Of a stretch of DNA of 64,000 nucleotides, positions 17,943 to 27,805 are shown piece after piece. Source of the DNA: a bacterium (GTDB lineage Bacteria > SZUA-182 > DTGQ01); contig JBFMGO010000012.1 in NCBI GenBank assembly GCA_040752695.1, positions 16,737-80,736 on the forward strand, given 5' to 3'. The notes under the pieces were generated by a model. It worked only from the letters and a program-made list of their open reading frames with translations, did not search any database and was not told the DNA's origin. How positions within the stretch are numbered: position 1 is the first letter of the stretch; the number at the start of each line of letters is the position of its first letter. The position numbers and the translations under genes are program-made.

Positions 17943-20297
17943 TTATTTGGTTATTCCTTTCTCGACTTTTATTGACCGGGATCTTTCCATCTCAGCGACC
18001 TTCCTGACCTCCGGCATGATTTCCTTAGCCAGGCTGCTGAATTTCTCGAAATCCAATTTTTCCAGACTTGTCTGAATGTCCTGCATGTAGCTCAGAATCC
18101 GCTCCGCCTGCGGGGAATTGTTCTCCCGGTAATAGTCGTAGGCCCTCTCCAGCTCCATGAAAAATAAGGCCAAAGGGTGCTTGTCCATCTCGCGGTTCAA
18201 ATCCGCGGTAGAGGCAAGGGTTTCTTCGTAACTGCCTTCCCTGCTGCTCTTCTCCAGGTTCTCAAGGGCGGTTTCCATCGGCTTTACTTCATCTGGATTC
18301 ATAAAGGGGCGGCAATGATAGAGCATGGCCTTGGCGTAATTGATTGTCCCCCAGGGAGACTCGCCGGTTTCCAGAATTTTGTTGGCTTTATCCAGCTTCT
18401 GGCTGGCCTTTTGGCAGATCTCCTCGTGCACTTCGCCGGTTTCAGGATCGACGATGTGGTTGATATCCTGAATAATATCAACTGAGCGGGCGATAAAATC
18501 GTGTACAGCATAATAATGGTGCTTGGCAATATTCACATTCCGGATGGCTTCTTCCAGGGACAGAAAGAGCCTCTCGTCCGCTTTCCCCCGGGAAAGCGTC
18601 CGGGAGACATGGACATCCGGATGGTCCTTCATTCTTCCTGATACTTCGATAATGTTGTTTTCATCTATGCGAAAATCACAGATTATCTCCGGTCTTGCTT
18701 CCTTTTTCTGCGCTCCCGGCTCTCGCAGTTCAGGCTTGGTGTCAATACCGAGCCACAAATCACCGATGGGCTCCTCGACATCGTTTACCAGATTGAAAAA
18801 TTTCAGGTGGACGAGTTTTTGTTCAGGATCGACCAGTTGGAAAATCTCTGTTTTCTCTATAGGCAAGGGAGTATTTTTTTCTACCAGGCGGTAGCGGGGG
18901 TTGTTTTCCAGATAGATATAATAATCATGCGCTGCGGAATGAACGATGTCCACCACACCGGTTTCTATCAGGTACTGGTCGAGATCGAATCCACAGTGCC
19001 TGCATGTTTTATCATCCTGAGTCGCCTCCTGGCCGCACTGGGGACATTCATAGCTTTCCGACAGCCGGTGGGAAAGAATCGCTGCCCCTTCGGCCACGGA
19101 TAACATGGGCTTTTGATGAATCATGACCTTGTCGGCCCCGTATTTTTCCTTTACCTTCTCCTGTACCAGAGGGATGCAGGATGATCCGCCGACAAGCAGA
19201 ACCTTATCGATCATTTCCTGAGTGAAGTGCAGACCGGCGAGTATACCATCCATCAACTGGATGCTCCGCTCGACGAGGGGCAGAATCAGGGTATTAAACT
19301 CCTGACGGGTTATTTGTGCCTCTACATTCAGGATATTTCCCTCTTCGTCTTTCAGGATGCCCAGGATGTCAAGATAAGCCGTCTCCTGGTCACTGAGCTG
19401 AATTTTCGCTCTCTCCACCTTTTCGCGCAATTCACCCAGAAAGCGATTTTTTTGTTCCTGGGGGAGTTTTGAGATGAGCTCCTTCACCTTTACCCCGGGG
19501 TAATCCTTCTCGATCAGGCCGAAAACATGCTCCATCAAAAGGTTGTCGATATCGTTACCGCCCATCCACATGTCTCCGCCCTTGGCCTGTTCGATGAATT
19601 GTCCGTCAGCCATGGTCAAAACCGAAATATCGAATGTTCCACCTCCAAAGTCATAGACCAGGATGGTATTGATATTTTTCCCCCTGGTCTGATCGACGCC
19701 AAAGGAGATGGCTGCTGCGGTCGGCTCTGACAAAAGACGCTGTACCTTGAAACCGGCCAGCGCTGCGGCAGTTCTTGTGTCGTGCTTTTGTTTGTCGTTG
19801 AAGTAAGAGGGTATGGTGATAACTGCGTGAGTTACCTCTTCCCCCAGGGATTTTTCAGCATCCTCCTTGATCTTTTTTAAGATCAGGGAGGAGATGTGTT
19901 CCGGTGTGTGCTCCTTATGGTTGAGTACTACGGCGATACCCTGCTCTGTACCGGTCGATGGCTGTTTGATTCGATAACTGACCTTATGCTCCCTGACAAT
20001 CTTTTGCACCTCCTCGTTCGTAAAGCTGCGCCCGATGATGCGCTTGATGGAAACAATGGTATTTTCAGGGTCCTGCTTCATCCAGGCCAGGGCATCCCTG
20101 CCGACAACATACTGCCCGTCTCTTTGCGTTACACACGAGGGTGTTAGTTCTTCGCTCTCGGCATTTTTGAGGATTTCCGTATAGACCCTCTTGATTCCGA
20201 ATACGGTATTGGTCGTACCAAGGTCTATCCCTATGGCTTTTCCCGTCTTTGCTTCTTGTTTTGTCTTTCCAAAAAAGGAATTAAATAAGCTCCCCAT
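17943..20297 (-). CDS. Atypical Hsp70-family protein with a zinc-ribbon insertion
   Basis: GIDLGTTNT, EPTAAA, YDFGGGTFDIS, LVGGSS; CPQCG...CRHCG after the ATPase domain; divergent C-terminal half. Confidence 0.92.
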   Translation of the reverse strand: MGSLFNSFFGKTKQEAKTGKAIGIDLGTTNTVFGIKRVYTEILKNAESEELTPSCVTQRDGQYVVGRDALAWMKQDPENTIVSIKRIIGRSFTNEEVQKIVREHKVSYRIKQPSTGTEQGIAVVLNHKEHTPEHISSLILKKIKEDAEKSLGEEVTHAVITIPSYFNDKQKHDTRTAAALAGFKVQRLLSEPTAAAISFGVDQTRGKNINTILVYDFGGGTFDISVLTMADGQFIEQAKGGDMWMGGNDIDNLLMEHVFGLIEKDYPGVKVKELISKLPQEQKNRFLGELREKVERAKIQLSDQETAYLDILGILKDEEGNILNVEAQITRQEFNTLILPLVERSIQLMDGILAGLHFTQEMIDKVLLVGGSSCIPLVQEKVKEKYGADKVMIHQKPMLSVAEGAAILSHRLSESYECPQCGQEATQDDKTCRHCGFDLDQYLIETGVVDIVHSAAHDYYIYLENNPRYRLVEKNTPLPIEKTEIFQLVDPEQKLVHLKFFNLVNDVEEPIGDLWLGIDTKPELREPGAQKKEARPEIICDFRIDENNIIEVSGRMKDHPDVHVSRTLSRGKADERLFLSLEEAIRNVNIAKHHYYAVHDFIARSVDIIQDINHIVDPETGEVHEEICQKASQKLDKANKILETGESPWGTINYAKAMLYHCRPFMNPDEVKPMETALENLEKSSREGSYEETLASTADLNREMDKHPLALFFMELERAYDYYRENNSPQAERILSYMQDIQTSLEKLDFEKFSSLAKEIMPEVRKVAEMERSRSIKVEKGITK

Positions 20298-20390
20298 TTT
20301 TTTCTCTCCTGTTATCCTCGACAGGGAAGATATTCTCTCTTTCTCTCTTGTCTGGCCCCCCTCTCGTCAATTCTCCCCAGTCAGTTTTTT

Positions 20391-20399
20391 ATTATAGCA
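20391..20399 (-). promoter_or_regulatory. Extended -10 element upstream of the Hsp70 operon
   Basis: TGCTATAAT on the minus strand about 95 nt before the start codon. Confidence 0.45.
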
Positions 20400-20586
20400 T
20401 AAGAGCACAAATTTCAAAACCTTTCTTTCCGGATTCTGAATGTTGGTGGCTGAAGGCAGGATCCTCGATTTGCGATTTCTCCGCCTTTCGTTCTCTTTTC
20501 CTGGGTGTATTGACTTTCTTTATGATATAATACCTCGAAGTCAACAGTGAACTTAATCCAGCCAGGAGTGAGGGTTGTAAAATACT

Positions 20587-21123
20587 ATGAGCATTCGTAC
20601 GGATAGTATTATAACGGGTATTATTATTGTCAGTGATAAGGGCGCCAGGGGGGAGAGAGTTGACCAAAGCGGGCCAGCCATGAAGGACCTCCTCAAGGCG
20701 CAGCAGAATCAAACCTATCATGTAGTTCGTTCTCAGATCGTGCCTGATGAGAAAGAGGCTATCCAAAAAGCCATTATTCAGTTTTCCGAGGCTGATCCGG
20801 TATGTGATTTGATCCTGACCAGCGGAGGAACGGGCCTGAGCCCCCGCGACGTAACTCCCGAGGCAACGCAAGAGGTAGTGGACCGCCTTGTGCCCGGTTT
20901 TGCCGAAGCCATGAGGATGCACAGTCTTTTGTCCAATCCCCATGCCATGATCTCCCGGGCCATCTGCGGCACGCGAGGCGAGTCGCTCATTTTGAATCTG
21001 CCGGGGAGCCCGAATGGGGCCAGAGAATGCCTGGAAGTCGCTCTACCGGCCATCCCCCATGCCATTGCCAAGCTAAAAGGAGATCCAAGCGATTGCGGGG
21101 GCGGGGGTAACCATGCCGTTTAG
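20587..21123 (+). CDS. mog: Molybdopterin adenylyltransferase (MogA/MoaB family)
   Basis: VSDKG, DQSGP, TSGGTGLSPRDVTPEAT, NLPGSP. Confidence 0.9.
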   Translation: MSIRTDSIITGIIIVSDKGARGERVDQSGPAMKDLLKAQQNQTYHVVRSQIVPDEKEAIQKAIIQFSEADPVCDLILTSGGTGLSPRDVTPEATQEVVDRLVPGFAEAMRMHSLLSNPHAMISRAICGTRGESLILNLPGSPNGARECLEVALPAIPHAIAKLKGDPSDCGGGGNHAV

Positions 21124-22093
21124 CCAGATTATCGGCCAGGCCAGGGCCATCCGTCCTTTGCAAAACTCCCTGATGAAAGGAGCTATTTCGCATGCCTATC
21201 TTTTCGTCGGTCCCGATGGCGTTGGGAAAAAACTCACTGCCTTCGGTCTTGCCAAGGCTGTCAATTGCCTGCAAACGGTGGGGGATTTTTGCGGAAGCTG
21301 TGACGCATGCCGCAGAATCGAAAAGGGAATCCATCCGGACATCTTCTTCATTGAGCCGGATGGGGTAAAACTGAAGATTGATCAGTTCAGAGATCTGCAA
21401 GCCTCCATCCGGTACCGGCCCTATCTGGCCAGAAAAAAAGTGTGCATTATCGATCAGGCGGACCGGATGACTGTTCCTGCTGCCAATTCGATTCTCAAGA
21501 CCCTCGAAGAGCCACCGGCGGATACCATGATGGTTTTGGTGGCCTCGAGCCTTGACCAGATTCTGCCAACCATTCGCTCCCGGTGCAGGATGGTGCAATT
21601 TTCGCCTCTTTCCATGGGTGATCTGGAAAGACTGATCACGGAGAAGATGGCCATTTCTCCTGATAAGGCCCGTCTGTTGGCCATTCTGGCCGGAGGAAGC
21701 CTTGGAAAGGCATTGAACCTTGACCTTGCCAGTCTCAAGGAGAAGCGGGAAGAGATCTTTCACCTGATGAAACATCTCGGGTCACCAGAAGGGGTAGAGG
21801 TTTTGTTCGATCAGGCCAAAAAGCTGGCTGAAGGGAAAAATCCCGAAGACCTTCAGCAGGTGCTTGACCTTTGGATATACTGGTATTATGATCTTTGGAA
21901 ATATCAGATAACCGGCGACGGAAAAAAACTGATCAACCAGGATCAGATGGAAAACATTTATCAGCAGTCCCGGATGTTGCCAGGCTGTCAAATTGAAAAA
22001 AACATTCAATTGATCGAGCAAACGTGCGCCGCACTCCAGCACAACGCGAATAAGCACCTGGCACTGGAGACCATGATGATGGGGCTGTTGTAA
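21113..22093 (+). CDS. holB: DNA polymerase III delta-prime subunit
   Basis: HAYLFVGPDGVGK, CGSCDAC, HPD, LKTLEEP, LPTIRSRC. Confidence 0.93.
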   Translation: MPFSQIIGQARAIRPLQNSLMKGAISHAYLFVGPDGVGKKLTAFGLAKAVNCLQTVGDFCGSCDACRRIEKGIHPDIFFIEPDGVKLKIDQFRDLQASIRYRPYLARKKVCIIDQADRMTVPAANSILKTLEEPPADTMMVLVASSLDQILPTIRSRCRMVQFSPLSMGDLERLITEKMAISPDKARLLAILAGGSLGKALNLDLASLKEKREEIFHLMKHLGSPEGVEVLFDQAKKLAEGKNPEDLQQVLDLWIYWYYDLWKYQITGDGKKLINQDQMENIYQQSRMLPGCQIEKNIQLIEQTCAALQHNANKHLALETMMMGLL

Positions 22094-22119
22094 ATTATCA
22101 AAACAGGACAACGATAGAT

Positions 22120-23472
22120 ATGAGAGATAATGATCGTTTCAGGGAAAAGCCTGCCAACCGGCAGCGCAGCAGCGGCAGCGGGAGCCCGGTCGAAAGGGAG
22201 TCCAAAGTCGATAACGGGATGACCGATGCCGATGGTCAATTGATTGAGAGCGATACGGACAGCAGGGAAATGAGCGATGAAACGAGTATCAACACTCATG
22301 AAGTGAATGACACAGGCAGCGAACTCACTGATAATGAGCTTATTGACAGCGAATGTATTGAGAGCGAAGTCGCTGATCATACCTTCGCCGATAATGAGGT
22401 CTTGGATTTGGATGATGTCCCGGATATCATAGATAATCCGGTCATCATAGATATCCCGGACATCGCAGGTGTTAAAGCCGCAAATCAGAATTCAGACGCT
22501 GATGGCGAGCCCTCCGCCGACAGTGAAGCGGCTGAGACAAAAGGCAGGAAGGATACTGAGGAAGAGCGGGATACTGAGGTCGAGCGCGATGATGAAGGTA
22601 AAGATGAGCCGGGTGTAGTCGGCATCAGATTCGAGCCAACCGGCAAGACATACGATTACCTGCAAAATAATGTGGAACTTCGCTGTGGAGATAACTGCAT
22701 CGTTGAGATGGAGAAGGGGGAGGAGATAGCCAGGGTTTTCAGGCTTGCCGCCTGCAACCGCAACAGAAAGCAGGGCGGACGGAAACCTTTCAGGAAGGTC
22801 GTTCGTAAGGCAACGCCCCATGACCTGGAGCAGGCCAGGCGGAATGAGGAAATGGGGAAGAAGGCGCAGGTGGCCTGTCAGAAAAAGATTATCGAGCGAG
22901 GATTGCCGATGAAGCTGATCAAGGTCAAATACTCCTTTGACGGAAGTAAGGCGGTTTTTTACTTTACTGCGGAAGGCCGCATTGACTTTCGGGATCTGGT
23001 CAAGGATCTTGCCGTTCGCTTCAAGACCCGCATCGAGATGCGCCAGATCGGGGTCAGGGACGAGGCCAGGATGGTCAGCGGCTTTGGCTGCTGCGGTCGT
23101 CAATTGTGCTGCTCTTTGTTTCTTCGTGATTTTGAACCCGTCTCGATCCGCATGGCCAAAGATCAATGCCTGACCCTGAATCCGGGGAAAATATCGGGAA
23201 TTTGCGGCAGGCTCATGTGCTGCCTGGTCTATGAGGCTGCCACCTATGAAGAGGTCCGCAAAAAACTTCCCAAATTGGGCGAGCGGGTCCTGCTCAACAA
23301 TGAAGAAGGCAAGGTAGTCTCCTTTGATATTCTCAAGGGACTGGTTTTCGTGGAATTCCCTGATGGAAGGGTGCTGAAGGCAGCCGGATCGGGCATTCAG
23401 AGGATCAAGGGAGAGCAAAAAAAGCCTCCTAAGAAGTCCTCGAAGCAAGATAGCGGAAAACAAAGTCGCTGA
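22120..23472 (+). CDS. ricT: PSP1-domain protein (RicT/YaaT-like) with long acidic N-terminal extension
   Basis: FYFTAEGRIDFRDLVKDLA, RIEMRQIGVRDEAR, CCGRQLCC, SGICGRLMCCL; follows holB. Confidence 0.85.
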   Translation: MRDNDRFREKPANRQRSSGSGSPVERESKVDNGMTDADGQLIESDTDSREMSDETSINTHEVNDTGSELTDNELIDSECIESEVADHTFADNEVLDLDDVPDIIDNPVIIDIPDIAGVKAANQNSDADGEPSADSEAAETKGRKDTEEERDTEVERDDEGKDEPGVVGIRFEPTGKTYDYLQNNVELRCGDNCIVEMEKGEEIARVFRLAACNRNRKQGGRKPFRKVVRKATPHDLEQARRNEEMGKKAQVACQKKIIERGLPMKLIKVKYSFDGSKAVFYFTAEGRIDFRDLVKDLAVRFKTRIEMRQIGVRDEARMVSGFGCCGRQLCCSLFLRDFEPVSIRMAKDQCLTLNPGKISGICGRLMCCLVYEAATYEEVRKKLPKLGERVLLNNEEGKVVSFDILKGLVFVEFPDGRVLKAAGSGIQRIKGEQKKPPKKSSKQDSGKQSR

Positions 23473-24352
23473 GTCCGGCAAATTCCTCAAGACAGAGGGT
23501 CTCACCCCGCCCCTGAGGGGAAAGATGAGACTCTTTCAAAAGATCCGGCCATGCCTCCCGTGGGACTCCCAGCTCAGGATGCGCTTTGAGGGCATTCAAA
23601 AGAGTCTTTCTCCTCTGGGAAAAGGCTGCCCGTACCAGGCGAAAGAAAAGATCTTCATCCTGAACGCTCACCCGCGGGCTTTGGAGCGGGTGAAGGGAAA
23701 TAATCTTTGAAGTCACCTTGGGACGGGGGTAAAACGCTCCGGCAGGAAGGGATTCGACCTCTGTTGCGTCATACAGGTATCGGATTCGAACACTTAACTC
23801 CCCATAGGCTTTCTGGGCTGGATGTGCCAGCATCCGGTCGGCCAGTTCCTTTTGCAGGGTGGCTATGATCAGGGAGATTCGATCCTTGATTTCTTCAAGG
23901 CGGACCAGAATAGGGACAGCTACATAGTAGGGAAGGTTTCCGATCACTTTCACTTTTCCTTCCTCCTTCTGGCCTTTCTGGCCGGGAAAATGCCCCGGTA
24001 TTTCCCGGTCGGGAAAGTGTTCCAGCACCTCCCGATATGAGCAGCGGGCGGCATCTGCCTGAATCAGGGTAATGTTGCCAAAAGGAGCCAGTTCTTCTTT
24101 GAGAACAGCCATAAGCTGCGGATCAAACTCCAGGGCTATGACCCATCGGACCTTTTCGGCAATCAGGCGGGTGATCTGGCCTAATCCTGCTCCGATCTCA
24201 ATGACCTGATCCTTTGCCGACAGTGCAGCTTCGGCAAAGAGCCGCTCAACCGCGTGGTCACTTACCAGGAAGTTCTGCCCCAGACTCTTTTTGGGGAAGA
24301 CCCTGTGCCTTCGCAGAAGATCCAGAACCTGCTGCCTCATAAGATCAATCAT
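23429..24352 (-). CDS. rsmA: 16S rRNA adenine dimethyltransferase
   Basis: KSLGQNFL, EIGAGLG, GNLPYY, FSQRRKTL. Confidence 0.95.
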   Translation of the reverse strand: MIDLMRQQVLDLLRRHRVFPKKSLGQNFLVSDHAVERLFAEAALSAKDQVIEIGAGLGQITRLIAEKVRWVIALEFDPQLMAVLKEELAPFGNITLIQADAARCSYREVLEHFPDREIPGHFPGQKGQKEEGKVKVIGNLPYYVAVPILVRLEEIKDRISLIIATLQKELADRMLAHPAQKAYGELSVRIRYLYDATEVESLPAGAFYPRPKVTSKIISLHPLQSPRVSVQDEDLFFRLVRAAFSQRRKTLLNALKAHPELGVPREAWPDLLKESHLSPQGRGETLCLEEFAGLSDFVFRYLASRTS

Positions 24353-24393
24353 TTTTTTTCCTTTCTTCAGGAGAGTAAGCGCTCACCATGCTC

Positions 24394-25428
24394 TCACTCC
24401 CCCTCATTCAGCCTCGTCGCCAGATAGCTGGCCGTCTCACTAGCGGCAATCATGCTAGAGGTTCTCGCTATCCCTTTCCAGGCGATGTCATAAGCAGTCC
24501 CATGGTCCACCGAGGTCCGGATTATGGGCAGGCCGAGAGTAATGTTGACTCCGACATCGAAAGCTAGCATCTTGAGGGGGATCAGGCCCTGATCGTGATA
24601 CATGACTACAACGGCGCCGTAAATCCCTTTCTGAGCCTGGTAAAAGAGGGCATCGGCAGGGTAGGGGCCTTCTGCCTGCACCCCTTCGGACCTGGCCTGG
24701 ATTATGGCGGGGCTGATAACCTCGATTTCCTCCCGTCCGAATAATCCATTTTCCCCTGCGTGGGGATTCAGGCCACAGACGGCAATTTTTTTCTCCTGCG
24801 GATAGAATTTTCCGAGCCACTGATCGGTCAACCGGATTGTTCGATAAACCCGCTCCCGGGTGATCTTTGCCGAGACATCGGCTATAGCGGTATGAGTGGT
24901 TACCAGAACAACCCGCAAACCTCTCCCGGCCAGCATCATGGCATAATCGCGGGTGTTGGTGCGGTCGGCCAGCAATTCGGTATGACCGGCATAAGGGAAA
25001 CCGGCCAGGTGAATGGCCTCCTTGCTGATCGGAGCAGTAACCATGGCCTTTATCTCTCCACGCTGGCACAGGTCAATGGCTTTTTCGATATATTCCACTG
25101 CTGCCAGGCCGCAGGCCGATCCAGGCTGCCCGATTGTTACCCGCTCCATGGGCAAATTGTTTAAATCCAGAACATTGATGGCTCCATCAAAAACAGCCTC
25201 CTGAACAGAGGAAATGAGACGAAAACCGCGCGGCGGCTGAATGTCAAGACGCACGGCCACCTCCTGAAGAACACCTCCATCCCCTATCACCAGGCTGCAA
25301 AAGTGCCTGTTGCTGCCGGATTCCTGCTGCAAGGATCGGACGATGATTTCAGGGCCGATGCCTGCCGCATCCCCCATCGTAATACCGATAACAGCCTTTT
25401 CCCTGGACATTATTCCTCCATCCTTCAT
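24394..25428 (-). CDS. pdxA: 4-hydroxythreonine-4-phosphate dehydrogenase
   Basis: MGDAAGIGPE, GHTE, LNPHAGE, MYHDQG, RTSVDHGTA. Confidence 0.95.
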   Translation of the reverse strand: MKDGGIMSREKAVIGITMGDAAGIGPEIIVRSLQQESGSNRHFCSLVIGDGGVLQEVAVRLDIQPPRGFRLISSVQEAVFDGAINVLDLNNLPMERVTIGQPGSACGLAAVEYIEKAIDLCQRGEIKAMVTAPISKEAIHLAGFPYAGHTELLADRTNTRDYAMMLAGRGLRVVLVTTHTAIADVSAKITRERVYRTIRLTDQWLGKFYPQEKKIAVCGLNPHAGENGLFGREEIEVISPAIIQARSEGVQAEGPYPADALFYQAQKGIYGAVVVMYHDQGLIPLKMLAFDVGVNITLGLPIIRTSVDHGTAYDIAWKGIARTSSMIAASETASYLATRLNEGE

Positions 25429-25569
25429 CTTTCGTCTTCTATAAGATTATTGTTACATACTATGAAAAATATTTCTCATTTTTAGCTATCTATGAATATT
25501 TTTTCACACTTCTATTGCGATTTCCCTGCTTCTTCTTTTATGTTTCAACAAGATACTGGCTCTCTTGCC

Positions 25570-25584
25570 TGGCATCCGGTTTGC
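25570..25584 (+). promoter_or_regulatory. Sigma-54 promoter
   Basis: TGGCATCCGGTTTGC (GG-N10-GC), about 70 nt upstream of GTG 25656. Confidence 0.65.
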
Positions 25585-25655
25585 TTTTTATTATAGCAGA
25601 TTTTCTAATGCTTATACATAAGGTTGTTTTTCACAAGCACAAGGGGGGAATTTTT

Positions 25656-27269
25656 GTGTATAAGAGGAAGCTTCTCACTATTGGTTTATTTTTTGCTCTT
25701 ATCTGGTCTATTATTTTTACCGGTCACGTCACTCTGGCTGCCAGTCTGGCCTTCGATACTTTTGAGTACTGGGACAGTCCCTTGAACCACGGATGGCAAA
25801 CCTCTGACCCGGCCTATCCGGTGCTCGGGTATAATATCGGAACCGGTAATCTGCAAACTCTTGTTGATTTTTCCGAGGGAAGCCGCGTACTTCAAGTAAA
25901 CAGCACGCCTTCGGTATTTAATCAATTGCAGCCTTATCAGATTTATAACAGTAATCTTATAAATCCGCAAACGGGCGCTGCGGTCAATCAGAAAGTCATT
26001 TCGTTTAAGATGCACGCTCCATTTGCGGTAGAATACTTTGCCATGTTTCAGTTTTGCGTGGTTGTTGTCACCACCGACGATGAGTCCAAGACCCTTGTCT
26101 ACCGTCCGGTGGAAGGCCCCGGGCCTGTGCAGAAAGGTCAGGATACCATTGACGTGTGCCTTGGCCGCCAGTATCAGGATGGTACCTGGCACCTGGTAGT
26201 CAGGAACATGGATGACGACATCAAGGCAGCTATCCCCGGTTCTGGGTTGAAAGAGGTGAGGGCGATCATCATCAGGGGAAATCAATATCGGGTGGATGAC
26301 ATCATCTTTTATGATGACACGCAGTTTATAAACAACCATCCGCCGGAATTATGGAGGATCGGGCCTCAGTTTGCAACCTTGTTCGCTCCCTTCCAACTGT
26401 TGATTGCAGCCAGGGACCAGGATGGTGATTTTCTGAATTTTGTTGTTACCATCGGAGGATACGGAGCCTGGGGAACCAATACCAGTAATGTGTCATTTCG
26501 CATTCCACAGACACCTGGAGATCCCAATTCTCCCATTGCGCCGGATGTCGTTCTCATGCAATTTACTCCCAGCGTTCTGGAGGACCTTATGGTGACTGTC
26601 CGGGTAACCGACGGACTGTTGTCGGATGTTGAAACCTTCCCCCTTTCCGTAGTCACCTATCCGGTGGCGGGAATGAACCACCCGCCGATGCTGGAGGAAT
26701 TGAATGCTGCGGTCGCCCAGGTGGGAGAGCCGTTTGTTTATGACGTACTGGCCAGGGATCCGGATGGTGATATCATAACCTTTTCCGCTACCATAGATGA
26801 CCTGCCCTCGTACCAATTTGGTCCCTGGAGTTTCAACATCATCAACCCGATCACCGGGCAGATCAATTTTACCCCGTTTTTTGAAGGAGAGTACAGGCTC
26901 GTGGTTACAGTGCGGGACAGCCGGGGCATGTATGCCCAGGGCACCATTCCCTTGACCGTTGCCAACGCCGGAACCTGGCTAAACCATAAGCCGGTTCTAG
27001 CCCAGCATGTCCAGAATCCGCAGGTGGCGCGGGCAGGCTTGCCTTTTACCGTTCCGGTGGAATTCGTGGACCCGGATGGTGACAAGCTTTATTATTCCTG
27101 TACTATTGGCACAGTTACCGAGAGGACCGATGGCAAACAAGGTGCCGTGTTCAGCTTTTTTACCAATTTCCCCGGCATCTACCTAGTGAAAATTATAGCC
27201 TATGACGACCGTGGAGGCCTGGCAGAAGAGATGTTTGCCATGGACGTTCAACCCTGGTGGACGTATTAG
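25656..27269 (+). CDS. Secreted protein with three cadherin/Ig-like repeats
   Basis: RBS AAGGGGGG then GTG; signal peptide; repeats beginning NHPPEL, NHPPML and NHKPVL, each with DxDGD; ends QPWWTY. Confidence 0.8.
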   Translation: MYKRKLLTIGLFFALIWSIIFTGHVTLAASLAFDTFEYWDSPLNHGWQTSDPAYPVLGYNIGTGNLQTLVDFSEGSRVLQVNSTPSVFNQLQPYQIYNSNLINPQTGAAVNQKVISFKMHAPFAVEYFAMFQFCVVVVTTDDESKTLVYRPVEGPGPVQKGQDTIDVCLGRQYQDGTWHLVVRNMDDDIKAAIPGSGLKEVRAIIIRGNQYRVDDIIFYDDTQFINNHPPELWRIGPQFATLFAPFQLLIAARDQDGDFLNFVVTIGGYGAWGTNTSNVSFRIPQTPGDPNSPIAPDVVLMQFTPSVLEDLMVTVRVTDGLLSDVETFPLSVVTYPVAGMNHPPMLEELNAAVAQVGEPFVYDVLARDPDGDIITFSATIDDLPSYQFGPWSFNIINPITGQINFTPFFEGEYRLVVTVRDSRGMYAQGTIPLTVANAGTWLNHKPVLAQHVQNPQVARAGLPFTVPVEFVDPDGDKLYYSCTIGTVTERTDGKQGAVFSFFTNFPGIYLVKIIAYDDRGGLAEEMFAMDVQPWWTY

Positions 27270-27642
27270 CGTGCGTGCTTTGGCAATGCCTGATGCGGGT
27301 AACTGGTGGCTCTGGATGCCGGGCGATAGATGAGAGAGTGTGGATATTGACGGGCATCCGCATATAGAGGGGGCACCTCTTGCGGGTGCCCGTTATTCCT
27401 TCCTTTTGTTTGTGCTCTATTGTGATTTCCTTTTCCAGAAATTAACCGTATCGTTTTTTTTAACACTGATTTCCGAATAATTAACGAGGCTGAATCAAGA
27501 TCATGGTAAGATCATGGTAATCAGGACCATAATCTAAGAGATCGGGAAACGGAGAGCTTGAGTCGATTGACCAACCAAACGGGTAATTAATTTTTTTTGT
27601 TAAATCCTTTAGTACCTTTATATTTTCGAAATTTGCAGATCC

Positions 27643-27671
27643 TTGACAATGTTTTAAGGAAAGATTATGAT
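27643..27671 (+). promoter_or_regulatory. Sigma-70 promoter for accD-folC-lptD
   Basis: TTGACA-17 nt-TATGAT. Confidence 0.65.
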
Positions 27672-27805
27672 TATATGGCTCTTACCTATTGGCTGTCTGA
27701 TACCCTGCCAGGGCAGGTATTATTTTGGTGAAAGGACAGGGTATCGTAGTGAGTGATATCTGCCGTGACCAGCCGCAGGATCTTATAGAACTATGGAGAA
27801 ATCTC

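Noticed and set aside
17943..20297. Calling this gene dnaK
   Set aside because: Zinc-ribbon insertion, divergent substrate-binding region and non-canonical partners; symbol withheld
20987..23505. Long antisense ORFs (262 and 337 aa) opposite holB and ricT
   Set aside because: Shadow frames of well-supported genes with no independent motifs; the same applies to most other overlapping ORFs in the track
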